Shown in pieces: positions 47,235-56,576 of a stretch of 64,000 bases of DNA. Origin of the DNA: Selenomonadaceae bacterium (GTDB lineage Bacteria; Bacillota; Negativicutes; Selenomonadales; Selenomonadaceae); assembly GCA_036733925.1 (NCBI GenBank), contig DAIMZO010000001.1, positions 31,605 to 95,604 on the forward strand. Reading direction: 5' to 3'. The position numbers and the translations under genes were made by a program. Numbering within the stretch: position 1 is the first letter of the stretch; every line of letters begins with the position of its first letter. Below the pieces are notes generated by a model that saw only the letters and a program-made list of their open reading frames with translations, was not told the DNA's origin and searched no databases.

Positions 47235-50200
47235 ACGCCTGCGGGAAATGGAGCGGGCATACGACCGGGGGGATCGGCAGGGCACTCTGTCCATCGCCAA
47301 GGAAATCCTGAAGCAGCGTCCGAGAAACCGCCAGATGCTGGAGCGGCTGCTGTCCCTGTTCGTCGACTGCTCGGAGAAGGAGGCGGCGAGGGACTGCCTC
47401 GCGCTGCTCAAGCGCTTTTTCCCGGAGACGGGCTATCAATGTTTCCTCGAGAGCCGTGTCGACGAGATCTGCGGTGAGCTGGAGGAGAGCATACGGATGG
47501 CGGAAAAGGCGCTCTCCTATCCGGATCTGCTGCCGTGGCAGCGGTCGATGACCGAGAATATCCTCGGCCATACCTGCCGCATGCTCGGCGACGCAGAGAA
47601 GGCGGCAAAGCATTATCTGGCATCGGCGCGCATGCGGCATTCCTCCGTTCAGGGGGATGACCGGCTCGCAGTACAGGACTACAGCAACTACCTATTCACG
47701 ATACACAATCTGCCAATCAGCCGCGAGGAGATGTTTGCACGCATCTGCGATTACGGCAAGTATTTCCGATCGGTAAAGCCCTTCGCGCACCAGCGCAGGA
47801 ACCGCCACGAGAAGCTGCGCATCGGGTATCTGTCGCCGGATCTCCGCTTCCACGTGGTCGCGTTCTTCAGCTATGCCCTGCTGAAATCCTATGACAGGAA
47901 CAGCTTCGAGGTCTATGCCTATGCCGCCTGTGAGGAGGACAGCGCGAGCCGGGAGTTTGCGGCGGGCGTCGACGTCTGGCGCAATGTGCGGCTGATGGAG
48001 CCCGAGGAAACGGCGCGGCGGATCTATGAGGACCAGATAGACATCCTGTTCGATTTGTCCGGGCATACGGCGAATAACTGCCTGCCGGTGCTGGCCTACC
48101 GGCCCGCCCCCGTGCAGATTTGCGGAATCGGCTGGTTTGATTCCACGGGGCTTCCCACGGTTGACGCGTTCCTTGCCGACCGGTACACGGATCCGCCCGG
48201 ACTGAACGACGCTTTTTTCACCGAGAAACTGATCCGGCTGCCGCACAGCCATTTCTGCTATATGTGGCATGATAAGCCGATGGGGGTCGGGGCGCCGGCC
48301 TGCCGGCAGAACGGCTATGTGACGTTCGGCTCCTTCAACAATTTCGCGAAGGTCACCGACGAGATGCTCGGACTCTGGAAGCAGATCCTCGCGCGCGTGC
48401 CGCACTCGCGCTTGTATCTCAAGGCGGCTATTTTCAATACGGAGGATGGCTGCGCGCGCGTCCGGGCGCGCCTGCATGCCGCGGGCATCGACGAGGGACG
48501 CGTGCGCTTCGGCCGGCAGGAGCCGGTATACCTGAAGGAGTACCGGCAGGTGGACATCGCGCTCGACACCTTCCCCTATCCGGGCGGCGGGACGACCTGC
48601 GATGCGCTCTATATGGGCGTGCCGGTCATCACGCTGACGGGCAGGCGGCATAACGCGCGGTTCGGCTACAGCCTGCTGATGAATATGGGCCTGCCGGAGC
48701 TCTGCGCGGCGTCACCGGAAGAGTATGTCGAAAAGGCCGTCTCGCTCGCGGCGGATACCAAGCGGCTGACGCAGTACCACCTGACCCTCCGGCGCAGGAT
48801 GCGGGAATCGCCGGTCATGCAGGACGGGCCGTATATGGCGGAAGTGGAGTCCGCCTATCATGCACTCTATCAGGACTGGCTCTGCCAAGGGCAGGAAAAG
48901 GAGCAGGAGGACGCGCAGGCGCGTTGGCGCGGCGCGATGCGGGCCGCGGAGCAGAAGGAGGCATACGGGGATGTCGTCCGCTATGGCAGCCGCCTGCTGA
49001 CAGAGAAATGGGAACAGGCGGCATCTGCAGAGGAGGTGCGTGCCTGCCGCCTCTCGTTCGGCATGGCCTATGCGCGCCTCGCAGAGGGCGGCAATACAGA
49101 TGCGAAACGCGCCGCTTACTGGCTTGCCCGCACGGAGGGAAAGGATGAGCGTGAAGAACTCTGGCGGCTCGCTTTCCTCGGGGAGATGCGGACGGCGGTC
49201 ATGGACTATGCCGGTGCCCGCGATGCGTTCCGGCAGGCCCTGCCGCTGGCATGGGCGCAGCGGAGCGCCGAACCGGAGCTGTGCACCGAGCTTTTCGGGG
49301 AGGCTGCCGGCGTTTTCCTCGACTGTGGTGATCCCGCGGCCGCCTTTGAACTGTATCAGAAGCAGCTGATGACCGCGGGAAAATGGGAAAAGATGCTAAG
49401 CGCGTACAGCTCCTTGCTGCTCGTCGCGCACTACCTGCCGCTGAATCAGGCAGAGCTTTGGAACCTGCATCAGGGCTATGCCGAACTGTTCCGCGGCGTG
49501 GAGCCGCTGCCGCCCGCGCGCTGGAAGAACAAGAAGCTGCGGATCGGCTATCTGTCCGCGGATTTCCGCATGCATGTGATGTTCCCCTTCTATTTCGGGT
49601 TGCTGGCCTGCCATGACTGCACGCGCTTTTCCGTGACCTGCTACAGCCTGAGCCGGACGCAGGACGCTTTTACCGGGGAAGTGCGCCGCAGGGCCGAACG
49701 TTTCGTCGACCTTTCGGCGCTGAATGTTGCGGAGGCGGCAAGGGTCATCCGGGAGGATTGTATCGATATCCTCGTGGATCTCGGCGGGCATTCCGGGGGG
49801 AGCGGGCTGCCAATCCTCGCCTATCGCCCGGCGCCCCTGCAGGTCTCCGGCATCGGGTATCTGGACACGACGGGCCTGCCGGCGGTGGACGCCCTGATTA
49901 CCGATGATGTGCTGGATCTGCCGGAGACCCGGGAAAAGTATATCGGGGAGCGGCGGCTCGTGCTGCCCTGTGCGTTCTGCTATGTGGGGCGCAGCGATAT
50001 CGCACCGTCTACGGGAACGCCGGCCGCGTCGGGAAAGCCGCTGGCGTTCGGCGTATTCAACCACTACCGGAAGATCACGGATGAGATGCTTGACGCGTGG
50101 CGTCAGATCCTCGAACGGGTACCCGGAAGCCGGCTGCTCCTGAAATCGCAGGAATTCGGGAGCGATACCGTCACGGATCTGGCGTATGCACGCTGCCAGA

Positions 50201-50676
50201 AGCTCGGCTTCGATATGACGCGCGTCGGATTCGAGCCGGCGACGCTCGATTATATGGAGCGGTACCGGTCTGTAGATATTGCTCTCGATACGTATCCCTA
50301 TCCGGGCGGCGGGACGACGTTTGACGCACTCTATATGGGGGTTCCGGTCGTCACGCGCTATGGGGAGCGGCGCAACACGCGCTTCGGCCTGAGCATCCTG
50401 AAGAGCGTTGGGCTCGAACAGCTCGCGGCGGACAGTCTCGAGGGATATATCGAGCGCGCGGCGGCGCTGGCAAAGGACATCGAGCTGCTCTCCGCGCTGC
50501 ACCAGCAGCTCCGCGGCATGCTTACCGCGTCTGCGGCAGGAGATCCGCGCGCTTACACGAAGAGAATGGAGCAGGAACTTCTGGCCTTATGGGAGGAAAA
50601 ACAGCGCGGCGTGGAGAATGAAGAAAGAGAAGAAACACAGACAGGCAGGAGTGATCGGAAGACGCAGGAATCGTGA
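47209..50676 (+). CDS. tandem [TPR - GT41/SPINDLY-like O-GlcNAc-transferase-type domain] x2 protein
   Basis: 1155 aa. The motif set LRIGY(L)S.D(L/F)R.H ... DIL.DL.GH(T/S) ... LAYRPAP.Q..GIG(W/Y).D(S/T)TGLP.VDA occurs twice. TTG 47209 follows AAGGAGG. Confidence 0.8.
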   Translation: MNREKKILERLREMERAYDRGDRQGTLSIAKEILKQRPRNRQMLERLLSLFVDCSEKEAARDCLALLKRFFPETGYQCFLESRVDEICGELEESIRMAEKALSYPDLLPWQRSMTENILGHTCRMLGDAEKAAKHYLASARMRHSSVQGDDRLAVQDYSNYLFTIHNLPISREEMFARICDYGKYFRSVKPFAHQRRNRHEKLRIGYLSPDLRFHVVAFFSYALLKSYDRNSFEVYAYAACEEDSASREFAAGVDVWRNVRLMEPEETARRIYEDQIDILFDLSGHTANNCLPVLAYRPAPVQICGIGWFDSTGLPTVDAFLADRYTDPPGLNDAFFTEKLIRLPHSHFCYMWHDKPMGVGAPACRQNGYVTFGSFNNFAKVTDEMLGLWKQILARVPHSRLYLKAAIFNTEDGCARVRARLHAAGIDEGRVRFGRQEPVYLKEYRQVDIALDTFPYPGGGTTCDALYMGVPVITLTGRRHNARFGYSLLMNMGLPELCAASPEEYVEKAVSLAADTKRLTQYHLTLRRRMRESPVMQDGPYMAEVESAYHALYQDWLCQGQEKEQEDAQARWRGAMRAAEQKEAYGDVVRYGSRLLTEKWEQAASAEEVRACRLSFGMAYARLAEGGNTDAKRAAYWLARTEGKDEREELWRLAFLGEMRTAVMDYAGARDAFRQALPLAWAQRSAEPELCTELFGEAAGVFLDCGDPAAAFELYQKQLMTAGKWEKMLSAYSSLLLVAHYLPLNQAELWNLHQGYAELFRGVEPLPPARWKNKKLRIGYLSADFRMHVMFPFYFGLLACHDCTRFSVTCYSLSRTQDAFTGEVRRRAERFVDLSALNVAEAARVIREDCIDILVDLGGHSGGSGLPILAYRPAPLQVSGIGYLDTTGLPAVDALITDDVLDLPETREKYIGERRLVLPCAFCYVGRSDIAPSTGTPAASGKPLAFGVFNHYRKITDEMLDAWRQILERVPGSRLLLKSQEFGSDTVTDLAYARCQKLGFDMTRVGFEPATLDYMERYRSVDIALDTYPYPGGGTTFDALYMGVPVVTRYGERRNTRFGLSILKSVGLEQLAADSLEGYIERAAALAKDIELLSALHQQLRGMLTASAAGDPRAYTKRMEQELLALWEEKQRGVENEEREETQTGRSDRKTQES

Positions 50677-50685
50677 CCTCAAAAA

Positions 50686-50728
50686 ATGGTAGAAATGGCA
50701 ATGGTAATGGTATGGCAATGGTATGGAG
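50686..50728 (+). repeat. ATGG(T/C)A hexamer/pentamer microsatellite (7 units) upstream of the TPR gene
   Basis: ATGGTA gaa ATGGCA ATGGTA ATGGT ATGGCA ATGGT ATGGAG. The last unit supplies the GGAGG RBS for ATG 50738. Confidence 0.85.
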
Positions 50729-50737
50729 GCATTTGGC

Positions 50738-51766
50738 ATGAGCAAGGCCAGTCACAAATTCAATAGGAAAAGGCAGAGAAGACAGCAGGCACAGAACACA
50801 TCGCATAGAGATTCGTTGGCGGGGGAAATCCGTTCGCTCTATCAGGACAGGTCGTACGCTGAGGTCATCAACACCTTGGCGGAGTACATCCAGATGGGCG
50901 GGCGCGATGCGGAAATGTACGCCTTGGGGGCATGGAGCTACTACCGTCTCGGCGATTATGAACGCGCCGGGAAATGGGTGGATGCTACCCTCACGCAGAA
51001 TCCGGGCGATGTTTCCATGCGGATCCTGCTGGCACATCTCTGCCTGCATGACGACCGCGTGGGCGATGCCTTAGCGGTTCTTTCTTTTATTCTCGAAAAG
51101 GATATGGCGCTTGACGGGCAGCAGCGCGTTGAGATCGAGGATATGCTGGCCTTTTATGGCAAGCACGAAGCAGAAATGCTGCAGAAAGATTACCCGGCAT
51201 GCTGGGCCTTCCTGCAAGAGCTCCGGGAGGAAAAGAAAAGCGGGGCGGATACATCCAGCCTTTCTAGCGCGGCGGCTAAGAACCCGCAGCAGATTCTGCA
51301 GGATCTGAAGGAGCGCCTGAAAGCAGAGGATACGGCAGCTGAGAACAAAGACGGCGAAGCCGTATCACCGGAAGGTACGGAAGACAGCGGAACGGTACCG
51401 TCGGAAAATAACGAAGACAGAGAGGCCGTGTTATCGGAAGACAGCGAAGCTGACGGAAAGGCATCGGCAGATGATCCATCCCTGCAGCAGGTGATGGAGG
51501 AGATCTCGGATAAACCGGTTTCCCTCAGCGAGAAAGTTGAGCTTTTCCGGGCGTTTGCCGCGGCCAGCTTCTGGAAGAAGGACTATGCAGGGGCGCGCCA
51601 GCTCCTCTCGCAGGCGCTTGCCATCGATGGACGGGATGATACGGCGCTGCGGGACATGGTCATTACCTGCGCCACGCTCGGCGAGAAGGAAGAAGCGGCC
51701 GGTTACCTCGCGAAAATGAAACATATCGATTTTGCCCTTTTATGGATGCTGCAGCACAATTTCTGA
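50738..51766 (+). CDS. stand-alone TPR protein with acidic low-complexity linker
   Basis: TPR-like helices at both ends with an E/D/S-rich centre. ATG 50738 lies 9 nt after GGAGG. ATG 50723 is the alternative. Confidence 0.65.
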   Translation: MSKASHKFNRKRQRRQQAQNTSHRDSLAGEIRSLYQDRSYAEVINTLAEYIQMGGRDAEMYALGAWSYYRLGDYERAGKWVDATLTQNPGDVSMRILLAHLCLHDDRVGDALAVLSFILEKDMALDGQQRVEIEDMLAFYGKHEAEMLQKDYPACWAFLQELREEKKSGADTSSLSSAAAKNPQQILQDLKERLKAEDTAAENKDGEAVSPEGTEDSGTVPSENNEDREAVLSEDSEADGKASADDPSLQQVMEEISDKPVSLSEKVELFRAFAAASFWKKDYAGARQLLSQALAIDGRDDTALRDMVITCATLGEKEEAAGYLAKMKHIDFALLWMLQHNF

Positions 51767-51817
51767 TCGACGTGCAGGCATCGGAGGAATACGTGGATTC
51801 ACGAGGAGGGCAGAATC

Positions 51818-54697
51818 GTGGGAAAAAGGGTCATGGAGGCCGGGCATAAGACGAGCATTGTGATTCTGAGCTATCACACGCTCGCGTACACGCGCCTCTG
51901 CATAGAAAGTATCCGCACCTATACGGAGCCGGGGACGTATGAAATCATTGTCGTGGACAACGGCTCTCAGGACGGATCGGTGGAATATCTGAAGCAGCAG
52001 GAGGACGTGCACGGCATTTTCAATGCCGAGAATCAGGGCTTCCCGCGCGGCTGCAATCAAGGGATGCAGATCGCAAAGGGGGATGAGATCCTGCTGCTCA
52101 ACAGCGATACGGTCGTGACGGCGCACTGGCTCGGGCAGCTGCGCGCCGGTCTTTACAGTGCTGAGGATGTCGGTGCGGTCGGATGCGTGACGAACTACTG
52201 TTCGAACGGGCAGCAGATCGAGGTGCCGTATCACTCGGTCGAGGAAATGCAGGCATTCGCCGCAGGCTATAACCATACGGATCCGTCGCAATGGGAGGAA
52301 CGGACGACGCTCGTCGGCTACTGCCTGCTGTTCCGGCGGGAAGTCTATCAGAAAATCGGCGGGCTCGATGAAAGGTTCAATCCCGGGAATTTCGAGGATG
52401 ATGACTACTGCGTCCGCATCTGGCAGGCGGGATACCGTTGCCTGCTGCTCAAGGATACGTTCATCCATCATTTCGGCAGCGTTTCCTTTGCGCGCGACGA
52501 GAGCCCGGAGGCGCAGAAGGAAAAGACGGAAAAATATCAGGCGCTGCTCCGGCGGAACCAGCACCTGTTCCAGAAAAAATGGCATTTGCCGGAAAACTAT
52601 AAGAGTATGCCGCCGAAGCAGCTCGTTTCTTTTCTGTCGGGCCGGGAACAGGAATCCGATGCGGCAGGCAATGTGATGAATGACGGCAGGATTGCCATTT
52701 TCGTCCCGCCGGGAGGCAAAGACGAGCGCGATGCGTGCCTGGCATCCATCCGCACGCTGAAGGTGCCGGAAGGCTATGAACTGAAGATCGTGCAATGGCA
52801 GGACAGAGGAGAGAGCCTGCCGGAGATTGAGCGGCAGCTCACGCAGGCGAACGCCGCGAAGTATAAGATTTTTCTCGATCCGCGCGTTTCCTTTGTCGCA
52901 GAGGATGTCCTTTTCTCCGTACTCGAGATATTCCGTTCCAATCCGGAGGTAGGGGCAATCGGCGTATGCGGGAGCCGCTGTTTTTCCCGTGACGAGGCGG
53001 GGCTCGACCGCGTGGGCGGCTTCTTTGCCATGGACGGAAATGGCAAGCCAAGAGAATATAACTGGCCGCTCCAGCATGAGGATGCGGCCTATGAATACGT
53101 ACAGCATCTGAATGGCATGATGTTCGCGACGCAATACGATTTGCCCGCACAGGAAACGGGCGCCGTCTCCTGGCTCGGGGAGCATCTCCTGCGTTCGTTC
53201 GATTACGCGGACTTCGGCTATCGCCTCGCGGTACCGCGGCAGGAGCATCCATGGTGTTTCTTCGCCGCAGATATGCCCGCGTGGCTGGATGGCGTGCCCA
53301 TGGACTGCCTTGACCGGTTTTACCATGGCGGCGTATGGGGAAGCTGCGGGGCCGGCACACAGATCGGGGAAGTCACGGCAGACCACCCTGAGCGGGTGCG
53401 GATCAGCGTGCAGTCCGTCATCGGGGATAAGGTATCCATGACAGCGGGCGCGGGTATCCGTATCGGCGATTCGGTGTCCATCGGACAGGGCGCGGAAATC
53501 GCGGCGTCCGGGGCCGAGCTGGTGATTGGGAACCGTGCAGAAATCGGTGCCGGGGCAGTCCTTGAGGGTGCACTGCGGATCGGCACCGGTGCGGTCGTCG
53601 CGCCGGGCAGCCATGTCTTGGGAGATGTGCCGCCGTATTGCCATGTGCAGGGCAGTCCGGCAAAAATCACCTCCTTTTTTGATGTGGAGAAATGCGCCTG
53701 GCAGTCCGCGCTGCTGGGCGCGAAGCGGGTGGAGCGGCCGGTCCTGACGGTAGCAATCCCAACGTTCAACCGCGCGCGTTTCCTGGCCAAGAGCCTGCAT
53801 GCCATCTGTGCACAGGCGGGGGATAACCCCTTTGTCGAAATCTTCGTTTCGGATAATGCCTCTACGGACGACACGCCGCGGATCACCGGGTTTTATGAAA
53901 AGCAGTATTCCAATGTCCGCATCGTCCGGCAGAAGGAAAATATCGGCGGCGCGAAGAACTTCGATTTCCTGCGGCGGCATGCACGCGGAAAATTCGTGGT
54001 GACGATCGGCGATGACGATTATTTCTGTCCGGATGTCATCCACAGCATGCTGCGCACGATATTCCTGCACCCGGATTCGGCCATCCTCACGATGCTCTGG
54101 GCGCCTTCCGGCTACCGCGAAGAGGCCGGAGACGGCATGGATTACTATCTGCAGAAAGCATCCTTCACTATCACTTATATTACTGCTTTGCTCTTTCGGA
54201 CGGAGTATGTGCGGGATGTGGTTATCCCGGAGAAGTTCGAACATGGGTTCATCCCGCAGGTTGCCGTCCAGATGGAAATCCTGCGGCGTCATCCGGAATT
54301 TGCGACATTCTCCATGCATTACCTGCTGCCGTCGTCCGGCGAAGCCGTCCGCACTTCCGCAGAGGAGCGGAATACGTGGAAGAACAACTCTGGACTTCTG
54401 AATTTCGGGAAAGTCTTTATCGATGAGTACTTCACGATCCTGCAGTATTATATCGGAAAAGGACTGTCGGAAGCGTCGTACCGTATGGAAATGAAGAAGG
54501 AACTGGAAGGGCACTTGCTGCCATGGTCGAAAATGATTCAGCAGGGCACGACGCTTTATCACACCGGAGACGTCCTGAAATACTACGATCAGTATTACCG
54601 GCAGGAACCGTATTATGCGGAGGAACGTCGCCTGCTTGAGGCATACGTGGAGACGGATACCGTTTACCAGGATATGCCGGACGACAGGGGGGTGTGA
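51818..54697 (+). CDS. GT2 - GT-A-like - hexapeptide acyltransferase - GT2 four-module protein
   Basis: 959 aa. N-terminal GT2 (IVILSYHT...VVDNGSQDGS...EDDDYC), central GT-A-like region, LbH repeats (IGDSVSIGQGAEI...IGNRAEIGAGAVL...GSPAKI), and C-terminal GT2 (VAIPTFNRARFL...VSDNASTDDT). GTG 51818 follows GAGGAGGG. Confidence 0.8.
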   Translation: MGKRVMEAGHKTSIVILSYHTLAYTRLCIESIRTYTEPGTYEIIVVDNGSQDGSVEYLKQQEDVHGIFNAENQGFPRGCNQGMQIAKGDEILLLNSDTVVTAHWLGQLRAGLYSAEDVGAVGCVTNYCSNGQQIEVPYHSVEEMQAFAAGYNHTDPSQWEERTTLVGYCLLFRREVYQKIGGLDERFNPGNFEDDDYCVRIWQAGYRCLLLKDTFIHHFGSVSFARDESPEAQKEKTEKYQALLRRNQHLFQKKWHLPENYKSMPPKQLVSFLSGREQESDAAGNVMNDGRIAIFVPPGGKDERDACLASIRTLKVPEGYELKIVQWQDRGESLPEIERQLTQANAAKYKIFLDPRVSFVAEDVLFSVLEIFRSNPEVGAIGVCGSRCFSRDEAGLDRVGGFFAMDGNGKPREYNWPLQHEDAAYEYVQHLNGMMFATQYDLPAQETGAVSWLGEHLLRSFDYADFGYRLAVPRQEHPWCFFAADMPAWLDGVPMDCLDRFYHGGVWGSCGAGTQIGEVTADHPERVRISVQSVIGDKVSMTAGAGIRIGDSVSIGQGAEIAASGAELVIGNRAEIGAGAVLEGALRIGTGAVVAPGSHVLGDVPPYCHVQGSPAKITSFFDVEKCAWQSALLGAKRVERPVLTVAIPTFNRARFLAKSLHAICAQAGDNPFVEIFVSDNASTDDTPRITGFYEKQYSNVRIVRQKENIGGAKNFDFLRRHARGKFVVTIGDDDYFCPDVIHSMLRTIFLHPDSAILTMLWAPSGYREEAGDGMDYYLQKASFTITYITALLFRTEYVRDVVIPEKFEHGFIPQVAVQMEILRRHPEFATFSMHYLLPSSGEAVRTSAEERNTWKNNSGLLNFGKVFIDEYFTILQYYIGKGLSEASYRMEMKKELEGHLLPWSKMIQQGTTLYHTGDVLKYYDQYYRQEPYYAEERRLLEAYVETDTVYQDMPDDRGV

Positions 54698-54699
54698 GC

Positions 54700-55479
54700 A
54701 TGAAAGCAGTAATCCTGGCCGGCGGGTACGGCACGCGGATCTCAGAGGAGTCGCAGTACAAGCCGAAGCCGATGGTCGAGATCGGCGGCATGCCGATCCT
54801 ATGGCATATCATGAAGGAATATTCGGCTTATGGCATACAAGATTTCATCATCTGTGCCGGCTATAAACAAGAAATAATCAAGGAGTGGTTCAACAACTAC
54901 TTCCTGTACATGAGCGACGTGACGTTCGACATGACGGATGGCAAGAAGGTCATCCTGCACGAGCAGCATGCGGAACCGTGGCGTGTGACCGTCGTTGATA
55001 CGGGGGAGGCGACGCTGACGGGCAGCCGCATCAAACGCGTGCAGAAATACGTTGGGAATGAGACCTTCTGCATGACGTACGGCGACGGCGTCTGCGATGT
55101 CGATATCCAGAAGGTCATCGCGTTCCATCGGAAGCATGGCAAGATTGCGACGCTCACGGCGGTCCTGCAGAAGCAGTCGAAGGGCGTGCTGAATATCGGC
55201 GGCGATTTCGCCGTGAAATCCTTCCGCGAGAAATCGCAGATGGACAGTGCGCCCATCAATGCCGGCTACATGGTCTTGGAGCCGGAAATCTTCGACTATC
55301 TGACAGAGGACGGCTGCATCTTTGAGCAGGAGCCCATGCGCCGCCTTGCGGCAGAGGGACAGCTCATGAGCTATCAGCACCGCGGTTTCTGGCAGTGCAT
55401 GGACACGCTTTATGAGAAAATGGAACTAGAACGGCTTTGGGAAAGCGGGGCGGCACCATGGAAAGTATGGGACAAGTGA
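54700..55479 (+). CDS. rfbF: glucose-1-phosphate cytidylyltransferase
   Basis: MKAVILAGGYGTRISEESQYKPKPMVEIGGMPILWHIMK is the RfbF/DdhA signature. Confidence 0.9.
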   Translation: MKAVILAGGYGTRISEESQYKPKPMVEIGGMPILWHIMKEYSAYGIQDFIICAGYKQEIIKEWFNNYFLYMSDVTFDMTDGKKVILHEQHAEPWRVTVVDTGEATLTGSRIKRVQKYVGNETFCMTYGDGVCDVDIQKVIAFHRKHGKIATLTAVLQKQSKGVLNIGGDFAVKSFREKSQMDSAPINAGYMVLEPEIFDYLTEDGCIFEQEPMRRLAAEGQLMSYQHRGFWQCMDTLYEKMELERLWESGAAPWKVWDK

Positions 55480-56576
55480 ATGGCGCGCCCGCCTGGCGTG
55501 ACTTCTATCGGGGCAGGCGCGTGCTCATCACCGGGCATACCGGGTTCAAGGGAATCTGGCTCGTGAAAATGCTCCAGCATCTCGGCGCGGAGGTTGCGGG
55601 CTATGCCTTGGCATCGCCGACGGAGGAAGGTGCAAGGCTCTATCGGGCACTCGGCATCGGCCGGAGCCTCATACAGGATGTGCGCGGCGACGTGCGGAAT
55701 CTGGCGTCTTTGGCGCGCGTGTTCGCGGATTTCCGCCCGGAGGTCGTGCTGCATCTCGCCGCACAGCCAATCGTGCGCGAGAGCTATCGCGACCCCGTCG
55801 GTACGTACGAGACGAACGTCATGGGGACGGTCCATGTCCTCGAATGCGCGCGGCAGACAGAGAGCGTCCGGTCGCTGCTCAATGTGACCACCGACAAGGT
55901 CTATGAGAACCGGGAATGGTGCTGGGGCTACCGCGAGAATGAGCCGCTCGACGGCTTCGACCCGTACTCGAACAGCAAGAGCTGCAGCGAGCTTGTGACG
56001 CACAGCTATGCAAAAAGCTTTTTCGCGGACGGGCGGTGCGCCATCTCGACGGCGCGTGCCGGCAACGTCATCGGCGGCGGAGATTTCTCGCCGGATCGCA
56101 TCGTGCCGGATTGTATCCGCGCAGCGGCTGCCGGGCGCAAGATCCGGGTGCGCAACCCGTATTCGACGCGCCCCTATCAGCATGTGCTCGAGCCGCTCTA
56201 CGCCTATCTCATGCTTGCGGCAGGGCAGCGGAAGCGGCCAGAGCTCGCTGGGGCCTACAATGTCGGCCCGGACGAATGCGACTGTGTGACGACTGGTGAA
56301 CTCGCGACGCTTTTCTGCCAGATCTGGGGAGATGGCGCGGAGTGGGAGAGCGGGGCGGAGCAGGATGCGCCGCATGAGGCCAATTTCCTGAAGCTCGACT
56401 GCTCGAAGCTGAAGGCTGCGTTTGGCTGGCAGCCGCGCTGGCATATCGCCGACGCTATGGCAAAGACGGTCGGATGGGCCAAGGCATGGCAGAAACAGGA
56501 AGACATCGCAGCGGTCATGGAAAGGCAGATCCAAGACTTTATGGAAACAGGGGAAGCGAGGGAAGATCTACGATGA
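55458..56576 (+). CDS. rfbG: CDP-glucose 4,6-dehydratase
   Basis: RVLITGHTGFKGIWL Rossmann motif and YSNSK catalytic motif. Overlaps the rfbF stop. ATG 55467 is the alternative. Confidence 0.9.
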   Translation: MESMGQVNGAPAWRDFYRGRRVLITGHTGFKGIWLVKMLQHLGAEVAGYALASPTEEGARLYRALGIGRSLIQDVRGDVRNLASLARVFADFRPEVVLHLAAQPIVRESYRDPVGTYETNVMGTVHVLECARQTESVRSLLNVTTDKVYENREWCWGYRENEPLDGFDPYSNSKSCSELVTHSYAKSFFADGRCAISTARAGNVIGGGDFSPDRIVPDCIRAAAAGRKIRVRNPYSTRPYQHVLEPLYAYLMLAAGQRKRPELAGAYNVGPDECDCVTTGELATLFCQIWGDGAEWESGAEQDAPHEANFLKLDCSKLKAAFGWQPRWHIADAMAKTVGWAKAWQKQEDIAAVMERQIQDFMETGEAREDLR

